In this document: one piece after another, positions 39,065 through 49,256 of the stretch
Position numbering within the stretch: the stretch's first letter is position 1
Layout of the letters: each line of letters opens with the position of its first letter
Assembly (NCBI GenBank): GCA_038208115.1
Contig: JBBQZC010000001.1
Span: forward strand, 77,977 to 141,976
DNA length: 64,000 bases
From: Candidatus Moraniibacteriota bacterium
GTDB lineage: Bacteria > Patescibacteriota > Minisyncoccia > Moranbacterales > GCA-2747515
Reading direction: 5' to 3'
Position numbers and translations under genes: made by a program
The notes under the pieces: generated by a model
What the model was told of the DNA's origin: nothing
The model's input: the letters and a program-made list of their open reading frames with translations, nothing else
Database searches by the model: none

Positions 39065-40012
39065 TTATTTTTGTGATATAGAACGCACTGTATAATTCAT
39101 GCGATTCCGTGTTTTATAGTAATTTTTGATCACGATATCAGCAAGAAGCCCAAATACGAAGAACTGTGCGCCAAGCATGATCAAAAATACTGACATGAGT
39201 GGCCAAATGCGATCTGATAATGATTCATCAAAGAAAATCTTTTCCACGACCATCCACATCATAATACAAATCCCGAGTAATATAAGCATGATGCCGCCCC
39301 CACCAAAAAAATGCAAAGGTCGCGACGCATATTTACGCCAAAACCAAATCGATATCATATCCACTAAACCCTTCACTGATCTCTTCCAATTATATTTAGT
39401 CACGCCATGCACACGTGGATGATGCGATACTATAACTTCCCCGACACTGTAACCATCTAATTCTAACATCGCAGGAATAAATCGATGCATTTCCCCAAAT
39501 AGATCAATGCTTTTTAGCGCTTCCGCATCATATATTTTGAGACTACACCCAGAATCATGGATAGAATCCTTGAGAAGAATCTTTCGTAATTTATCCGCCC
39601 CACGTGAAAAGATTTTTTTTGATAAAGGGTCCTTACGATTAAAGCGCCATCCTGAAACGATGTCAAATCCTTCATTCATTTTTTCAAGAAGTTTTCCGAT
39701 GTCTGCAGGATCATTTTGCAAATCACCATCCATTGTCACAATCATTTTTCCTTTTGCATGTTTAAATCCCGCATCAAACGCTGCAGTCTGACCGAAATTT
39801 TTTCGTAATTCGATCAATGTGAGAGGTGTAAGATTACGACATTCTGCGACAGTCCCATCACAAGATCCATCATCTACAAAAATGATCTCATAATTTTTAT
39901 GTAACTTCTCACACGCATCAACGATTTTCTGATGTAATGCCGAAGCATTACCCTCTTCATTATACAATGGCACAACCACAGAGATATCTATTTTTTCACC
40001 ATTATTATCCAT
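39065..40012 (-). CDS. GT2 polyprenyl-phosphate glycosyltransferase (ArnC/GtrB-like)
   Basis: VVVPLYNE, VDDGS, NFGQTAA, MDGDLQNDP and EMHRFIP; two C-terminal TM helices. Confidence 0.9.
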   Translation of the reverse strand: MDNNGEKIDISVVVPLYNEEGNASALHQKIVDACEKLHKNYEIIFVDDGSCDGTVAECRNLTPLTLIELRKNFGQTAAFDAGFKHAKGKMIVTMDGDLQNDPADIGKLLEKMNEGFDIVSGWRFNRKDPLSKKIFSRGADKLRKILLKDSIHDSGCSLKIYDAEALKSIDLFGEMHRFIPAMLELDGYSVGEVIVSHHPRVHGVTKYNWKRSVKGLVDMISIWFWRKYASRPLHFFGGGGIMLILLGICIMMWMVVEKIFFDESLSDRIWPLMSVFLIMLGAQFFVFGLLADIVIKNYYKTRNRMNYTVRSISQK

Positions 40013-40088
40013 ATTCAATTTTAATTCTTAATTAGTATAAGCATATCATGACTCATTATCCTTCACAAATCATTTGTTTTTAAACATA

Positions 40089-41648
40089 TCACTCCATAAT
40101 ATAAAATTTTTGCCCAACATCATTTGTAATCGCACGTAGTTGCAAATGCGGAAAACGTGCTATAAGTGCTTTTTGAATCTCATCTTTATGAAAATCAGAA
40201 AAAAGATAAATCGCCTTCTGTGGATTTTCTGGTTGAATTCGGTCTAATTCATATTGATTCACATCAAGATAATTTGTGCGACCCCAATTAAACATGCGTA
40301 CTGGCACACGCTGCATATTACCCAAGATTACATATACTTCCTTATCTTCAGGGATAGTTTGAATATAATAAGCAAGTTCTGTAATGTTTTTTTCAAAAAA
40401 GATTGCCGTTTTGACATTATCCGCCCAAAACACCAAATATTTAATCGGATTGAATATCGTGATAAAAATAATTGCACTATATAATACTGTGAGAACTACA
40501 CGTTTTTGCGTCACATCAAGTTGCTTGACTCGCGACAACACATAACCGACAAAAAGTCCTGAAAATATATATACGACAGGTAGTGCGCCAATCGATCGCA
40601 GAGCATGTGGATTGCTTTCAAACGTCAAAAATTCTGGTACCAACATTGCAAAAAACCAAATGAGGAGAAATGGATAGATCACGATATCATCACTATAAAT
40701 CTTCTGTTTTATGCGTTGGTATAAAGACTTGATGCTTCGATACACAGAGTAAAAAAAGCCACAAAAAAACAGTACACCCATCATTGGATCAAGAATTGGA
40801 TATGGCGGATAGTTATTGCGCCAGTTCATGTCGCTGACAAAATTGTATTTCAACAAACTCAATGAAAAACTCGTAAAAAATGTTTTGACAGGATGTCCAT
40901 GATTTACTTCTGAAGAAAAAACTGATACATGCTCTGATCGTGATGCAAAAAATTCTGGATGGTGCCAAAATGTATAGAACATCGGAGCAGAAGAGAAAAT
41001 GAAGAACAAAATAAACACCGTGACAAATCGCCAATACTCTCGCACAAAATTGTGACGCGCAAGAACTAAAAATGGAATCAGGATAATAAGAATAAAAGGC
41101 GCAATGCGAAACGCTATATATGTATGCATGCCGATACCAAAGATCGCTCCTGCAATCATAAAGTCACGATATTTCTTTGAATGCAACCCTTTGTAAAGGA
41201 AATAAAATGACCACACAAGTACAAACGGCAGCATATTCGCGCGAAATGAAATACGACTAAAATTGACTGCTGTAAAAGCAACTGCATTAAATAGTGATGC
41301 GCAAAGCGCAATCCGGTCATTGCGAAATAATTCTCGCGAAAGAAAAAATGTACCTAAAACAGTCAATGATCCAAAAATGACAGCTGGCAGCTTCAATGAC
41401 ATAGCGCTCACACCAAAAATCGCAAAACTTACAGCCACAAGATTCATAAACAACCCTTCTCTCCCCTGATTATCTGGATAAAACCATTGCCATTGTGCAC
41501 CATCTAAAACTTTGAGAGCATCTTGTCCATTCACCGCTTCATCAGGGTATATGCCAGGAGGTGTTATGCTGATATTATAAAAACGCAAAAAAAAGGCACC
41601 CAAAAAGATTAATACTGCAAATATATAAACTAATTTATTATTATTCAT
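40089..41648 (-). CDS. GT-C glycosyltransferase (ArnT/PMT-like)
   Basis: FLRFYNI..PPG..PDEA, GREGL and SRISFRA. Confidence 0.85.
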   Translation of the reverse strand: MNNNKLVYIFAVLIFLGAFFLRFYNISITPPGIYPDEAVNGQDALKVLDGAQWQWFYPDNQGREGLFMNLVAVSFAIFGVSAMSLKLPAVIFGSLTVLGTFFLSRELFRNDRIALCASLFNAVAFTAVNFSRISFRANMLPFVLVWSFYFLYKGLHSKKYRDFMIAGAIFGIGMHTYIAFRIAPFILIILIPFLVLARHNFVREYWRFVTVFILFFIFSSAPMFYTFWHHPEFFASRSEHVSVFSSEVNHGHPVKTFFTSFSLSLLKYNFVSDMNWRNNYPPYPILDPMMGVLFFCGFFYSVYRSIKSLYQRIKQKIYSDDIVIYPFLLIWFFAMLVPEFLTFESNPHALRSIGALPVVYIFSGLFVGYVLSRVKQLDVTQKRVVLTVLYSAIIFITIFNPIKYLVFWADNVKTAIFFEKNITELAYYIQTIPEDKEVYVILGNMQRVPVRMFNWGRTNYLDVNQYELDRIQPENPQKAIYLFSDFHKDEIQKALIARFPHLQLRAITNDVGQKFYIME

Positions 41649-41805
41649 TATCCGTATTTTTACTAATAACCACATTTTCATTTATAATCATACCACAACT
41701 TTATGAAAAAATAAGACGTACTTGTGCGTATATACTTAGCACAAGCACATCTCGGCATCTCAGCAGAGATATGCTATAATACATTGTTACTATAATTCAT
41801 TTTTT

Positions 41806-42555
41806 ATGAGAAATGAGAAGATTTCTGTCATTGTGCCGTGTTATAATGAATGTCAAAATATTTATAAAAATTTAGAAAAGATCCATAACTATCTCGTATC
41901 ACATTTTACCAGTTTTGAAATCATCACTATTAACGATGGCTCCAAAGATAACACATTAGCCGAACTAGAACGAAGTGCCAGGTCTCTTCATTTTACGATT
42001 ATTAATAATCCGATCAATACTGGCAAAGGTGACGCTGTCAAAAAAGGAATCCTTGCAAGCAATCCGCACAATGACCTCGTTATGTTTTTAGATGCCGATC
42101 TCGCAATTCCGATTGAAGAATTAGAAAAATTCGCGGACGTCATCCGAGAAAATAAATTTGACATTGCCATTGCGTCACGCTTTGTGCCGGGACTTACTGT
42201 GCTGGAACCCGTTTTATTACACCGAAAGATGATGGAGATCGTTTTTCGATTTTTGCGCGCGATTATCCTCAACGATTGGCAAGTGCGTGACTCACAATGT
42301 GGTTTCAAAGTATTTCGACGCTCCACAGCGATAAAAATTTTTACACAAACCACCGTCGCGCGTTTTGCTTTTGACTCTGAAGTGATCTTCCTCGCACGGA
42401 AATTGCATTTTTCGATAAAAGAATTACCGATCACACTATGCAATCCTCCAAAAAGCCATATCCGTATGTTTTTTGATCCGATCAACATGTTTTGTGCGCT
42501 TTTTGCTATTCGGTGGAATCATATAAAAGGCATCTATAATATAAAGAGGTCATGA
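41806..42555 (+). CDS. GT2 dolichyl/polyprenyl-phosphate glycosyltransferase (ALG5-like)
   Basis: VPCYNE, NDGSKD, GKGDAV, DADL, DSQCGFK and FAFDSE. Confidence 0.9.
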   Translation: MRNEKISVIVPCYNECQNIYKNLEKIHNYLVSHFTSFEIITINDGSKDNTLAELERSARSLHFTIINNPINTGKGDAVKKGILASNPHNDLVMFLDADLAIPIEELEKFADVIRENKFDIAIASRFVPGLTVLEPVLLHRKMMEIVFRFLRAIILNDWQVRDSQCGFKVFRRSTAIKIFTQTTVARFAFDSEVIFLARKLHFSIKELPITLCNPPKSHIRMFFDPINMFCALFAIRWNHIKGIYNIKRS

Positions 42556-43247
42556 TGGAGAAGAAAATCCGACAATTTACTATTTCAGCCGATGATTTCG
42601 GTGCGAGTACCCGAGCCAATCAAAACATCCTTCACCTTGCGATGTCTGGAAAAATCGATCGTGTTGCCGTCTTGATTAGGGGTCAGTTTACGGCAGATGA
42701 GATCAGCGCATTGCAAAAAACGCCTGCAAAAATTGATTTGCATCTTGACATCCCTTGCATGCACAAAAATTATGCGATTCACCACAGTACGCCACGGCGG
42801 ATTATGTATTTTCTTCGTGCATTGATAAATGGCGATATTTCTTCACATAAAATTGCTTTAATATGGCATGATCAATTACAGCAATTTGAAAAAGTGTTTG
42901 GTACAAAACCGAACGGCATCAATTCACATGAACACACTCATTTTTTTCCTCCATATTTTCATATTATGTGTCATCTCGCGCAAAATAATAATATATCATT
43001 TATCCGCTATGGCTCGCATGGCATAACCCCTAAATCAAAAATGACAAGTATAATTTTATCCCTTTTACATATGTATAATAAGAGGATCTACGCAGCATTT
43101 TCATCAATGACCACAACTGCACAATTAACAAGTCTTGATTGGATCCTCTCAAAAAAAGATCCTCTATCATTGATCCCTCATAATACAGAGCTCATATGTC
43201 ATCCTGAGCGACCAGAGGAATATGCATTTTTATCAAAAATATACTAA
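42552..43247 (+). CDS. YdjC/ChbG/HpnK family carbohydrate deacetylase
   Basis: SADDFG, LHLD, NSHEHTH and ELICHP. Confidence 0.85.
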   Translation: MMEKKIRQFTISADDFGASTRANQNILHLAMSGKIDRVAVLIRGQFTADEISALQKTPAKIDLHLDIPCMHKNYAIHHSTPRRIMYFLRALINGDISSHKIALIWHDQLQQFEKVFGTKPNGINSHEHTHFFPPYFHIMCHLAQNNNISFIRYGSHGITPKSKMTSIILSLLHMYNKRIYAAFSSMTTTAQLTSLDWILSKKDPLSLIPHNTELICHPERPEEYAFLSKIY

Positions 43248-43255
43248 CACACACG

Positions 43256-43293
43256 AAAAAAATCTCTCATGCATTCGCGCTTGAGAGATTTTT
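43256..43293. terminator. Bidirectional intrinsic terminator
   Basis: aaaaatctctca...tgagagattttt between convergent genes. Confidence 0.75.
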
Positions 43294-43307
43294 GATCGTA
43301 TACAATA

Positions 43308-45071
43308 CTATTTCATAAGGTCAGCTTCTTTAATCAATGGCAGATCACGCCAATAAATCTTCTTTTTGAACTTTTTGGAGTCTGCATCTTCATTGATCAC
43401 TTTTACATATGCTGGATCAGCCACATTTTTGAGATCATTTGGTCGGAAATATGCAATAATTTTCTTCTTGCTTTTATATTTCACTTTATATGCTTTACGA
43501 CTACCTAATTTCACATCAGCGTCTTTATCAAAATCATCACCCTTTATCGTAAGCATAATCCGCTCCTTACCACCAAATGTCAGGATACGCTGTACTGTAA
43601 CACCATAAATCTTTGCACGCTCAGCATCATCTCCATCAGATACCGAGTCACGCTCTCTCGCTGTAAACCGCGTGAAATGCGCCGCATTGAAAGTAATCGT
43701 ATGATTAATCCGATCATATACCAATCCTGATACGATACCGCCTAGATCGGGTTCTCCATTCACATAGATTTCTAGATTTGCAAAATCTGGCACATTGTAC
43801 ATCGTGATCACCGCACCTGCATTGCGAAGACCATTCACAATATCGGCATCCAAAGAGATTTCACCTGTTTCCATATTGATACGATCTCTAATCGTTTGAA
43901 GGAACATCATGAAATCATAGCTCATAAAATCAATCTCGTGAGTAAATTCAATACGACCGTACGGCGTCTCAAAATACAATCCTGTTATATGATGCCAATC
44001 GGTATAGTCAAAAAGATTTGTGTCTACGCCGTCATCATTCATCGCATCTTCCATCAGCATCATTTGTGCGATTGCATCACATGTTACAAGTGCACGATTT
44101 CCTCCTGTCGGTATGCCGTTTGCAGCAAAAATTGCATTTGTCTCATTTACACACGTACTGTCATCTGGTCGTACGATTTCGCCCATCACATCCCAGAATA
44201 CATCATCTTCCCCAGGAAGGCTTCCATCTCCATCACATTCCTCATCGGTTGCGCCATCCCCATCATCATCTATTGAGTTACCACAAACCTCCACGATCAC
44301 GTCACATACATTTCCAACACCGTTTCCATCAACATCTGCTTGATCAGCATTTGCGTCAGTCGGACAATTATCATCAGCCTCGACAACACCATCTGCATCA
44401 GTATCTATTATAAAATTTTGAACCCAGCTGCTCGACGTATTGAAAAAGTTTCCCGCGAGATCATCTACTGATATTGTAATACCTGTAGCATGCGATGTGT
44501 CAATATCTGTAAAAATACATCTTCCTAATCCTGCATCATAAGCATCCGATACATAAATTGCACTACTAGCACCATTATTGATTGAATAACGGCATGAAGC
44601 GGGGTCGATACCAGCCCCTACATCAGACACCTGCGCGGAAATTGTAGACACATTTGTGATCGTAAAATTTGGTGTCCCAGGTGTATATGGAGTAATATCA
44701 ATCTCTCCTACAGTCGGTGCGGTCGTGTCAATCGTAAAAGATGAAATATTTAAAGTATTTGATGAAACACCACTGTTGACAACTAAGGTACAATCACTAT
44801 ATGTTCCTTCCGCAAAAGCAACATTAGCCACAAAATTATTATTACCTGCACCAACACTATTAACCGTTTCAGAAAAGTGCCCATCGCATGAACCTCCCCA
44901 ATCAGGTGTTCCGAGTACCAAATTGGTTGCATTAAATATATAGATCGGTGTTGTGTTATTTGTTTTACCGATTGGTGTAAACTCTGCAACAATAGGACCC
45001 GGAACCGCAAAAACAACCTGTGCCATAAAAAGCAACGGCAGAATCAGAAATATTTTTTTCATATAGGACAT
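43308..45071 (-). CDS. Secreted surface protein with Ig-like modules, TSP3-like Ca-binding repeats and a basic C-terminal domain
   Basis: Signal peptide; DADGVVEADDNCPTDANADQADVDGNGVGNVCD; EVCGNSIDDDGDGATDE; HFTRF; Lys-rich C-terminus. Confidence 0.8.
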   Translation of the reverse strand: MSYMKKIFLILPLLFMAQVVFAVPGPIVAEFTPIGKTNNTTPIYIFNATNLVLGTPDWGGSCDGHFSETVNSVGAGNNNFVANVAFAEGTYSDCTLVVNSGVSSNTLNISSFTIDTTAPTVGEIDITPYTPGTPNFTITNVSTISAQVSDVGAGIDPASCRYSINNGASSAIYVSDAYDAGLGRCIFTDIDTSHATGITISVDDLAGNFFNTSSSWVQNFIIDTDADGVVEADDNCPTDANADQADVDGNGVGNVCDVIVEVCGNSIDDDGDGATDEECDGDGSLPGEDDVFWDVMGEIVRPDDSTCVNETNAIFAANGIPTGGNRALVTCDAIAQMMLMEDAMNDDGVDTNLFDYTDWHHITGLYFETPYGRIEFTHEIDFMSYDFMMFLQTIRDRINMETGEISLDADIVNGLRNAGAVITMYNVPDFANLEIYVNGEPDLGGIVSGLVYDRINHTITFNAAHFTRFTARERDSVSDGDDAERAKIYGVTVQRILTFGGKERIMLTIKGDDFDKDADVKLGSRKAYKVKYKSKKKIIAYFRPNDLKNVADPAYVKVINEDADSKKFKKKIYWRDLPLIKEADLMK

Positions 45072-45161
45072 ATTAAATATTTATATAAATACATTATATC
45101 ACATCCATAGAAATCTGTCTGTGGATAAGTTACTGTGTGATATACTGTATATTAATGAAGA

Positions 45162-45260
45162 ATGAAAAATAACGTTATGCAAGAAAAATCTGTTGATTTT
45201 TTGATACACATTGTGCAATTGCATAAATATGTAGTTGACGATAAAAAGAATTTGGATTAA
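45162..45260 (+). pseudogene. Internally deleted four-helix-bundle gene (copy A)
   Basis: MKNNVMQEKSVDFLIHIVQLHKYVVDDKKNLD* aligns with the N-terminus, and the KKNL end, of the gene at 51446..51798; flanked by heptamer arrays. Confidence 0.7.
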
Positions 45261-45315
45261 CAATTTAATTACAATTCTTCATTTTTAATTCTCAATTTTT
45301 TATTATACTATTTTC

Positions 45316-46323
45316 ATGAAAATATTAGTAACTGGCGGTGCCGGATTCATCGGCTCGCATACGACTGTCGCACTCATCGAAGCTGGGTATACCCCTGTCA
45401 TCATCGATAATTTCTCCAATGCAGAAAAATGGATCATTGATCGCATCGAAAAAATCGCCAACAAGCAAGTTCGCGTCTATGATGGCAATTGTAATAACCC
45501 ACAATTCGTCAACTCTGTTTTCCAAAAAGAACGTGGCATCGGTGGTGTAATCCATTTTGCCGCACATAAAGCTGTCGGCGAATCGATCCAAAAACCACTC
45601 ATGTATTATCACAATAATATCAATTCCCTGCTCACAGTACTCACTGTTATGCAAAAACATAAGGTAAAAAATATCGTTTTTTCGTCATCTGCAACAATCT
45701 ATGGCGAACCAGACAATAACCCCCTCACAGAAGACGCACCTCGCAAAAAAGCAACTTGTCCATATGGCAACACAAAACTCATTGCAGAAGATATTTTGCA
45801 AGATGTTGTGACCAGTGGTGCACAAATCTCTGCAATTCCACTGCGTTATTTCAATCCGATTGGCGCACATCCATCTCATTTGATCGGCGAGCTCCCTGGT
45901 GGCATCCCAAATAATCTCGTCCCATACATCACACAAACTGCGGCAGGTATCCGTGAATCACTCACTGTATTTGGTGATGATTATGAGTCACCGGACGGTA
46001 CGTGTATCCGTGACTTTATCCACGTCACAGACCTTGCACAAGCGCATGTCGCAACACTCACCTATCTCGTAACACAAACAGCACCCTACTTTGACATATT
46101 CAACGTCGGTACAGGCCAAGGCACAAGCGTCATGGAGCTCATCAAAACTTTTGAGAAAGTAAATGATTTAAAACTCAACTACACTGTCGGACCGCGTCGT
46201 ACAGGCGATATCTCAGCATGTTGGGCAGATACCACAAAGATTAATACGACAATCGGCTGGCATGCACAAAAAACTGTTGCGGACGCACTGCGAGATGCGT
46301 GGGAATGGCAAAAGCAACTATAA
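45316..46323 (+). CDS. galE: UDP-glucose 4-epimerase
   Basis: TGGAGFIGSHT, HFAAHKAVGES, FSSSAT, YGNTK, LRYFNPIGAH and PNNL. Confidence 0.95.
   Translation: MKILVTGGAGFIGSHTTVALIEAGYTPVIIDNFSNAEKWIIDRIEKIANKQVRVYDGNCNNPQFVNSVFQKERGIGGVIHFAAHKAVGESIQKPLMYYHNNINSLLTVLTVMQKHKVKNIVFSSSATIYGEPDNNPLTEDAPRKKATCPYGNTKLIAEDILQDVVTSGAQISAIPLRYFNPIGAHPSHLIGELPGGIPNNLVPYITQTAAGIRESLTVFGDDYESPDGTCIRDFIHVTDLAQAHVATLTYLVTQTAPYFDIFNVGTGQGTSVMELIKTFEKVNDLKLNYTVGPRRTGDISACWADTTKINTTIGWHAQKTVADALRDAWEWQKQL
46121..46313 (+). repeat. 193-bp direct repeat copy 1 (3' end of galE)
   Basis: About 93% identical, without gaps, to 47447..47639 by manual comparison. Confidence 0.95.
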
Positions 46324-46338
46324 ATACAATCTTTTTGG

Positions 46339-46367
46339 TTGAAATAACCCATTTTATATGGTATAAT
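46339..46367 (+). promoter_or_regulatory. Sigma70 promoter of the TA pair, probably leaderless
   Basis: TTGAAA-17 bp-TATAAT with a TG extension; ATG lies 7 nt after the -10 box. Confidence 0.7.
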
Positions 46368-46374
46368 TAAGAAT

Positions 46375-46641
46375 ATGAAACAATCATTGCCGACATTTTT
46401 GCAACCTTTCTTGTGGTCATATGACATCACACGACTTGATCGTGATCAGCACAAGAATATTATTATCAAAAATCTTCTCAATTTTGGTGATATTCGGTCA
46501 ACACGATGGCTCAAAACACATTATAACGATTTAGAGATCCGCGAAGTAATAACATCATCAGTGATCACGGAATGGAATAAACGATCAATCAATTTATGGT
46601 CATTAGTCTACGACGCACATCCCAAGAAGACACGTTTTTAA
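46375..46641 (+). CDS. Putative antitoxin (DUF6922-like)
   Basis: FLWSYD..LD...HKNIII..LL.FGD....WL...Y pattern; directly upstream of an AbiEii-like gene. Confidence 0.75.
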   Translation: MKQSLPTFLQPFLWSYDITRLDRDQHKNIIIKNLLNFGDIRSTRWLKTHYNDLEIREVITSSVITEWNKRSINLWSLVYDAHPKKTRF

Positions 46642-46653
46642 TTTATTACTTAT

Positions 46654-47280
46654 ATGTTCTACGACATCCTTGATACAGATCGTTCAAAGATACTTCCGTT
46701 TCTCCATCACATCACCACAAATTTTTACCTTGCAGGTGGCACAGCGTTAGCACTGTATATCGGACACAGAGACAGTATTGACTTTAATTTTTTTACAGAA
46801 AAAACATTTGATCAGCAGAATATTTTTGAAACATGCCAAAAAATATTGTCAGAATACACATTACGAATTACTCAGCAAGAACCAAACACTCTTTCCGTTG
46901 TGATCAACGATGTAATCAATATGAGTTTTTTTACGCACACATACCCTCTCCTTTTACCACTGACCAATGGAGAATATTGTGCTATTGCCTCCATACAGGA
47001 CATTGCTTGCATGAAGATCCTTGCAATTGTCAATCGTTCAACAACAAAAGACTACGTCGATTTGTATTATATTTTTCAACAATTTTCATTGGACGAAGTG
47101 CTGCACCTGACACAAAAAAAATACCCTCATCTTGACACAAACATCATTCTCAAGAGTTTGGTATATTTTGATGACATCATTGATGAACCGATTATCTTCA
47201 AAAATGATAAATCCGTGAGCGTGTCACAAATTAAAGAAGTATTCACAACACTTGTAAAGAATTACATAAAAAATACGTAA
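46654..47280 (+). CDS. AbiEii/AbiGii-family nucleotidyltransferase toxin
   Basis: FYLAGGTALAL..GHR.S.DFNF, DIACMK and R...KDYVDLY. Confidence 0.88.
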   Translation: MFYDILDTDRSKILPFLHHITTNFYLAGGTALALYIGHRDSIDFNFFTEKTFDQQNIFETCQKILSEYTLRITQQEPNTLSVVINDVINMSFFTHTYPLLLPLTNGEYCAIASIQDIACMKILAIVNRSTTKDYVDLYYIFQQFSLDEVLHLTQKKYPHLDTNIILKSLVYFDDIIDEPIIFKNDKSVSVSQIKEVFTTLVKNYIKNT

Positions 47281-47446
47281 TGCCCCCTACATAGTCAATA
47301 AATAATGTGAACACAAAGCCAACACTCGTCCTATCAAAGAGAATTATTTTGTAGTATACATCTATTAACCTCTTTAACATCTACACACAACAGAGAGAAG
47401 GTATTTATTATTCAAATCCGCCAAATTAATTGACACGTGTACCACA

Positions 47447-47658
47447 GCACAAGCGTCATGGAGCTCATCAAAACTTTTGAAAAAGTAAATGATTTAAATC
47501 TCAACTACACTGTCGGACCGCGTCGTACAGGCGATATCTCCGCATGTTGGGCAGATACTTCAAAAATAAATAGTACGATCGGCTGGCGTGCACAAAAAAC
47601 CGTTGCGGACGCACTGCAAGATGCGTGGGAATGGCAAAATTACTTACCACCCTGCTAA
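47447..47658 (+). pseudogene. Displaced duplicate of the galE 3' end (direct repeat copy 2)
   Basis: Encodes TSVMELIKTFEKVN...DAWEWQN with no 5' portion. Confidence 0.9.
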
Positions 47659-47695
47659 CTTTTACCAATCAGTAATTTTCTTGCATCAACAAACG

Positions 47696-47724
47696 TTGAT
47701 TTTACGTATATCCGGTGGTATACT
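47696..47724 (+). promoter_or_regulatory. Sigma70 promoter
   Basis: TTGATT-17 bp-TATACT with a TG extension, upstream of 47758. Confidence 0.6.
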
Positions 47725-47757
47725 GACAATACATAAACAAATATAATTATCAACAAA

Positions 47758-49236
47758 ATGACCATAAAAATAATCATCAGTTTCTGCATATTTTCATTTG
47801 CATTGTTATTGTCCAGTATACTGTCGTTTCCTGAACAAGCGCTTGCTGCTACATGGAATTATGAAGGTATAGCATGGTATACTGTTCCAGCAACTGAAAA
47901 TAATGCAATCGTTATTTACCGTTTTTGGTCAGATCAAAATCAATCTCATTTCTATACAGCAAGTGAGGAAGAAAAAAACCACGTAATCAACGCATATGAC
48001 GACAAAGTATGGCGATATGAAGGTGCTGCATATAGTGTTCATGCCTCACAAATTGCCGGTACAATACCCGTTTATCGCTTTTGGTCAGATCAAAATCAAT
48101 CTCATTTCTATACAGCAAGTGAGGAAGAAAAAAACCACGTAATCAACGCATATGACGACAAAGTATGGCGATATGAAGGTGCTGCATATTACATTTATCC
48201 TTCACAAATAGCTAACTCTAATCCAGTTTATCGATTTTGGAGCAATGACACACAATCTCATTTCTATACAGCAAGTGAGGAAGAAAAAAATCTTCTGATG
48301 CAAGGTACCTATGGTCCCAGCATTGCTGTTGGACTTTGGTATTATGATAAATCTGACATTCAAAACGATCCTTTTGAAATTGAAGCAAATAAAAACTATA
48401 ACATAAGAGATAAAGATAACAATGTCATCGCACAAATTAGTGGAGGCACACGCACTAAAGTAACTTATGACACCGACGGAAATCTCAAAATTTATGGATC
48501 AATTACCGATAAACTTATCCAAACTGCTGTCACGTTTGATGCCGCAGATGGAGATAACACATCGCTTATTTTTAACGTCCATCGACCAGATTCATCCTAT
48601 GATGAATATCGTGGCAAGATCACACTACGATATTATAAAGGCAATAATATCATCGCAGGTACTTCAGACACCGTGACACAAATCTGGGTGATCAACACAC
48701 TTCCTCTCGAACACTATGTATGGGGAATGGGTGAAACAACCGGCACAGGAGATATCGAGCATACCAAGGTGATGACTACGATCTTCCGCACATATGGCAG
48801 ATGGTATATCGAATACGCGACTAAGTATGCCCCTCTTGGATTTAAAATTCGCAGTGATTCCGGCTCACAGATCTACAAAGGCTATAAATGGGAGCAGACG
48901 TATCAAAACATTACAAAAGCCGCCAATGCCACACGTGGTAGTATTGCGACATATGGTAGCGAGATTGCACTCACACCATACAGCTCATGGAGTGATGGAC
49001 GCACACGCAGTTACAAAGAACGCTGGGGCTCGAGTGATTATCCGTGGTGTAAGTCAGTCGACGATTCTTATGGGAAAAATTCAACCATGACCACCAAGCA
49101 ACTTGAAGATGCGGGCAATCATATGGTCGGCCTTATCGCCAATGGCTCACTTGTCCTCGCACGTGACAAAGACTGGAGTTATGACAGAATCATGAAATAT
49201 TATTATTCTGGAATATCGTTAGAACCGCTTTACTAG
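47758..49236 (+). CDS. Secreted SpoIID/LytB-like peptidoglycan lytic enzyme with three DUF5648-like repeats
   Basis: Signal peptide; YRFWS...HFYTAS...YEG repeats; YRGKI, INTLPLEHYVWG.GE, RTY, SQIYKG, ATRG and YDRIMKYYYSG. Confidence 0.8.
   Translation: MTIKIIISFCIFSFALLLSSILSFPEQALAATWNYEGIAWYTVPATENNAIVIYRFWSDQNQSHFYTASEEEKNHVINAYDDKVWRYEGAAYSVHASQIAGTIPVYRFWSDQNQSHFYTASEEEKNHVINAYDDKVWRYEGAAYYIYPSQIANSNPVYRFWSNDTQSHFYTASEEEKNLLMQGTYGPSIAVGLWYYDKSDIQNDPFEIEANKNYNIRDKDNNVIAQISGGTRTKVTYDTDGNLKIYGSITDKLIQTAVTFDAADGDNTSLIFNVHRPDSSYDEYRGKITLRYYKGNNIIAGTSDTVTQIWVINTLPLEHYVWGMGETTGTGDIEHTKVMTTIFRTYGRWYIEYATKYAPLGFKIRSDSGSQIYKGYKWEQTYQNITKAANATRGSIATYGSEIALTPYSSWSDGRTRSYKERWGSSDYPWCKSVDDSYGKNSTMTTKQLEDAGNHMVGLIANGSLVLARDKDWSYDRIMKYYYSGISLEPLY
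47923..48189 (+). repeat. Intragenic repeat: 111 bp identical, period 156
   Basis: 47923..48033 equals 48079..48189. Confidence 0.95.
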
Positions 49237-49256
49237 TTAATAATTAAAAGTGAGTA

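Noticed and set aside
40012-40040. Three heptamer-like units (caatttt aattctt aattagt) before the GT2 start
   Set aside because: Too short and AT-rich to distinguish from chance; no partner array or gene remnant.
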